A DNA stretch of 64,000 nucleotides, from the NCBI GenBank assembly GCA_903910445.1, contig CAIVZR010000006.1, positions 2,127 to 66,126 on the forward strand. Direction: 5' to 3'. Below are positions 62,773 to 64,000 of the stretch, one piece after another. The notes beneath the pieces were generated by a model. It was not told the DNA's origin. It saw only the letters and a list, made by a program, of their open reading frames with translations, and ran no database searches. Both the position numbers and the translations under genes were made by a program. How positions within the stretch are numbered: the first letter of the stretch is position 1; each line of letters begins with the position of its first letter. The DNA is from an uncultured Bacteroidota bacterium (lineage in GTDB: Bacteria > Bacteroidota > Bacteroidia > UKL13-3).

Positions 62773-64000
62773 ATGTCAAATTCAAGCTTAAGCGAAGTCA
62801 ATCAAACCGTAGCCACTAACAACTCTAATATTTGGTGGAAGCGTTTGTTTGCCTTTATCGGTCCAGCTTACCTGGTAAGCGTGGGTTATATGGATCCGGG
62901 CAACTGGGCAACAGATATTGCTGCTGGAAGTAAATTTGGATATTCCCTCATCTGGGTTTTGCTCATGAGCAACTTAATGGCAATTTTATTACAGTCGTTG
63001 AGCGCCCGACTGGGACTCATTCGTGGGGTAGATTTGGCCCAGGCTTCCAGAGAAAGTTTCCCAAGATTCATCAATGTCCCATTGTATTTATTGGCAGAGA
63101 TTGCCATTGCCGCCTGCGACCTGGCCGAAGTAATAGGAATGGCCATCGGTTTAAATTTACTCTTTGGCTTGCCTTTAATTTGGGGAATCGCAATCACCGT
63201 GCTTGATACGTTTCTGCTTTTATTTTTATTGAATAAAGGAATTCGCAAACTTGAAGCATTTATTTTTTCGCTCGTATTCATTATTGCTGTTTCCTTCTTC
63301 TTAGAAATACTCATTGTCAAGCCCGTAGTTTCCGAAATCCTTGGTGGTTTTACTCCGAGCATGATTGGTGGTGATGCCTTATATATTGCCATTGGAATTA
63401 TTGGTGCTACGGTGATGCCACATAATTTATACCTGCACTCTTCCTTAGTTCAAACGCGTATTGTACAGCGCAATGAAAAGCACTTATGGCAAGCACTAAA
63501 ATATAATTTAATCGATTCGACCATTGCATTAAACCTGGCTTTCTTTGTTAATGCCTCCATCTTAATTGTAGCCAGTGCAGCATTTTTTAAAGCTGGTTAT
63601 AATAATGTGGCTGAGATTCAAGATGCTCATCAATTATTGCGTCATATTTTCGGAAAAGCCGCTCCTGCACTGTTCGCCATTGCCTTGATCGCTGCCGGAC
63701 AAAGCAGCACGGTTACTGGAACCTTAGCGGGTCAAATCATCATGGAAGGCTATCTCAATTTGCGTATTCGTCCTTGGTTGCGGCGCATCATCACCCGTTT
63801 ATTAGCCATCATACCCGCAGTTTTTTGCGTACTCTATTTTGGAGAAAATAGTTTAGGAAGACTACTCATTTTAAGTCAGGTGGTACTAAGCATTCAACTT
63901 GGGTTTGCGGTAGTTCCTCTCATTCACTTTGTAAGTGATCGAAAGCGAATGGGTGATTTCACCATCAAGCTTTGGATGAAAATATTATCGTGGGTAGTTG
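62773..64000 (+). CDS. mntH: NRAMP-family divalent metal (Mn2+/Fe2+) transporter, 3'-truncated by the window end
   Basis: This ORF is not in the track because no stop is reached. Translation from the ATG at 62773 gives ...GPAYLVSVGYMDPGNWATDIAAGSKFGYSLIWVLLMSNLMAILLQSLSARLG...MPHNLYLHSS..., the canonical NRAMP motifs (DPGN, MPH). It lies 10 bp after the dtxR-like gene. Confidence 0.85.
   Translation, partial: MSNSSLSEVNQTVATNNSNIWWKRLFAFIGPAYLVSVGYMDPGNWATDIAAGSKFGYSLIWVLLMSNLMAILLQSLSARLGLIRGVDLAQASRESFPRFINVPLYLLAEIAIAACDLAEVIGMAIGLNLLFGLPLIWGIAITVLDTFLLLFLLNKGIRKLEAFIFSLVFIIAVSFFLEILIVKPVVSEILGGFTPSMIGGDALYIAIGIIGATVMPHNLYLHSSLVQTRIVQRNEKHLWQALKYNLIDSTIALNLAFFVNASILIVASAAFFKAGYNNVAEIQDAHQLLRHIFGKAAPALFAIALIAAGQSSTVTGTLAGQIIMEGYLNLRIRPWLRRIITRLLAIIPAVFCVLYFGENSLGRLLILSQVVLSIQLGFAVVPLIHFVSDRKRMGDFTIKLWMKILSWVV

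Noticed and set aside
62886-63392. 168-aa minus-strand ORF
   Set aside because: It lies entirely inside the + strand NRAMP (mntH) coding region, which has unmistakable NRAMP motifs. It is an antisense artefact.
1-64000. tRNA, rRNA and CRISPR scan over the whole window
   Set aside because: Intergenic regions are short. None contains tRNA-like structure, rRNA-like conserved blocks or repeat-spacer arrays apart from the REP array.

Overview
This window is a chromosomal segment from a low-GC Bacteroidota genome (FCB group). The evidence is the density of T9SS C-terminal sorting domains, SprB-type repeats, GEVED, DUF3127 and DUF4287 families, and the ECF sigma/anti-sigma pairing. It is gene-dense, with about 50 genes, and has no rRNA, tRNA or CRISPR array.

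Genes in map order:
- 0.0-4.9 kb: a TolC-like OMF (partial), an RND pump, a membrane-fusion protein and a MarR regulator with a palindromic operator.
- 5.0-5.8 kb: an extremely Lys/Ala-rich histone-H1-like protein with an intrinsic terminator.
- 5.9-23.9 kb: a cell-surface / T9SS-cargo block, in this order:
  - a lipoprotein translationally coupled to a 1,574-aa BNR-propeller + GEVED + 6x Ig-like-repeat protein with a type-A CTD;
  - a TPR sensor kinase;
  - a PaaD-like DUF59 protein;
  - murI;
  - a second BNR-propeller type-A CTD protein;
  - a 2,242-aa SprB-repeat adhesin (about 19 SprB repeats, 2 PKD domains and a type-B CTD) that has no SprF/PorP partner.
- 24.1-26.3 kb: a sulfur-trafficking trio (SQR-like flavoprotein, TusE/DsrC, DsrE-like) with a terminator.
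- 26.4-30.2 kb: a chorismate mutase, a U32-family (TrhP/RlhA/UbiU-like) enzyme and a 4Fe-4S ferredoxin, all translationally coupled, followed by an HscA-type Hsp70.
- 30.2-31.4 kb: an OM beta-barrel protein and a DUF3127 protein carrying an SSB-like DDDLPF tail.
- 31.4-34.6 kb: an ECF sigma / anti-sigma pair with a histidine kinase and no response regulator, then a Dpm1-like GT2.
- 34.6-39.7 kb: a PorZ-like two-propeller type-A CTD protein, an MMPL/RND exporter and a cyt-b5/MAPR-like protein.
- 39.8-44.8 kb: a solo DUF104-like antitoxin-like ORF with a palindrome, an SNF2 helicase and a membrane-anchored papain-like peptidase.
- 45.1-54.2 kb: uvrC, a GNAT acetyltransferase, an ArsR-SRPBCCx2-DUF4287 cluster, and a PLD lipoprotein followed by Wzz-like and O-antigen-ligase-like genes.
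- 54.3-55.2 kb: a REPtron, i.e. an IS200-like RAYT tnpA flanked by inverted arrays of GC-rich REP hairpins.
- 55.4-64.0 kb: a 2-oxoacid dehydrogenase E2, a PKD lipoprotein, radA, accD, an MsbA-like ABC exporter, and a DtxR/MntR-mntH pair with a candidate operator.

The most interesting candidates are:
- the chorismate-mutase-U32-ferredoxin(-HscA) module, which may be a prephenate-dependent hydroxylation module;
- the REPtron;
- the orphan SprB-like adhesin with two repeat subfamilies;
- the DUF3127 protein with an SSB tail.
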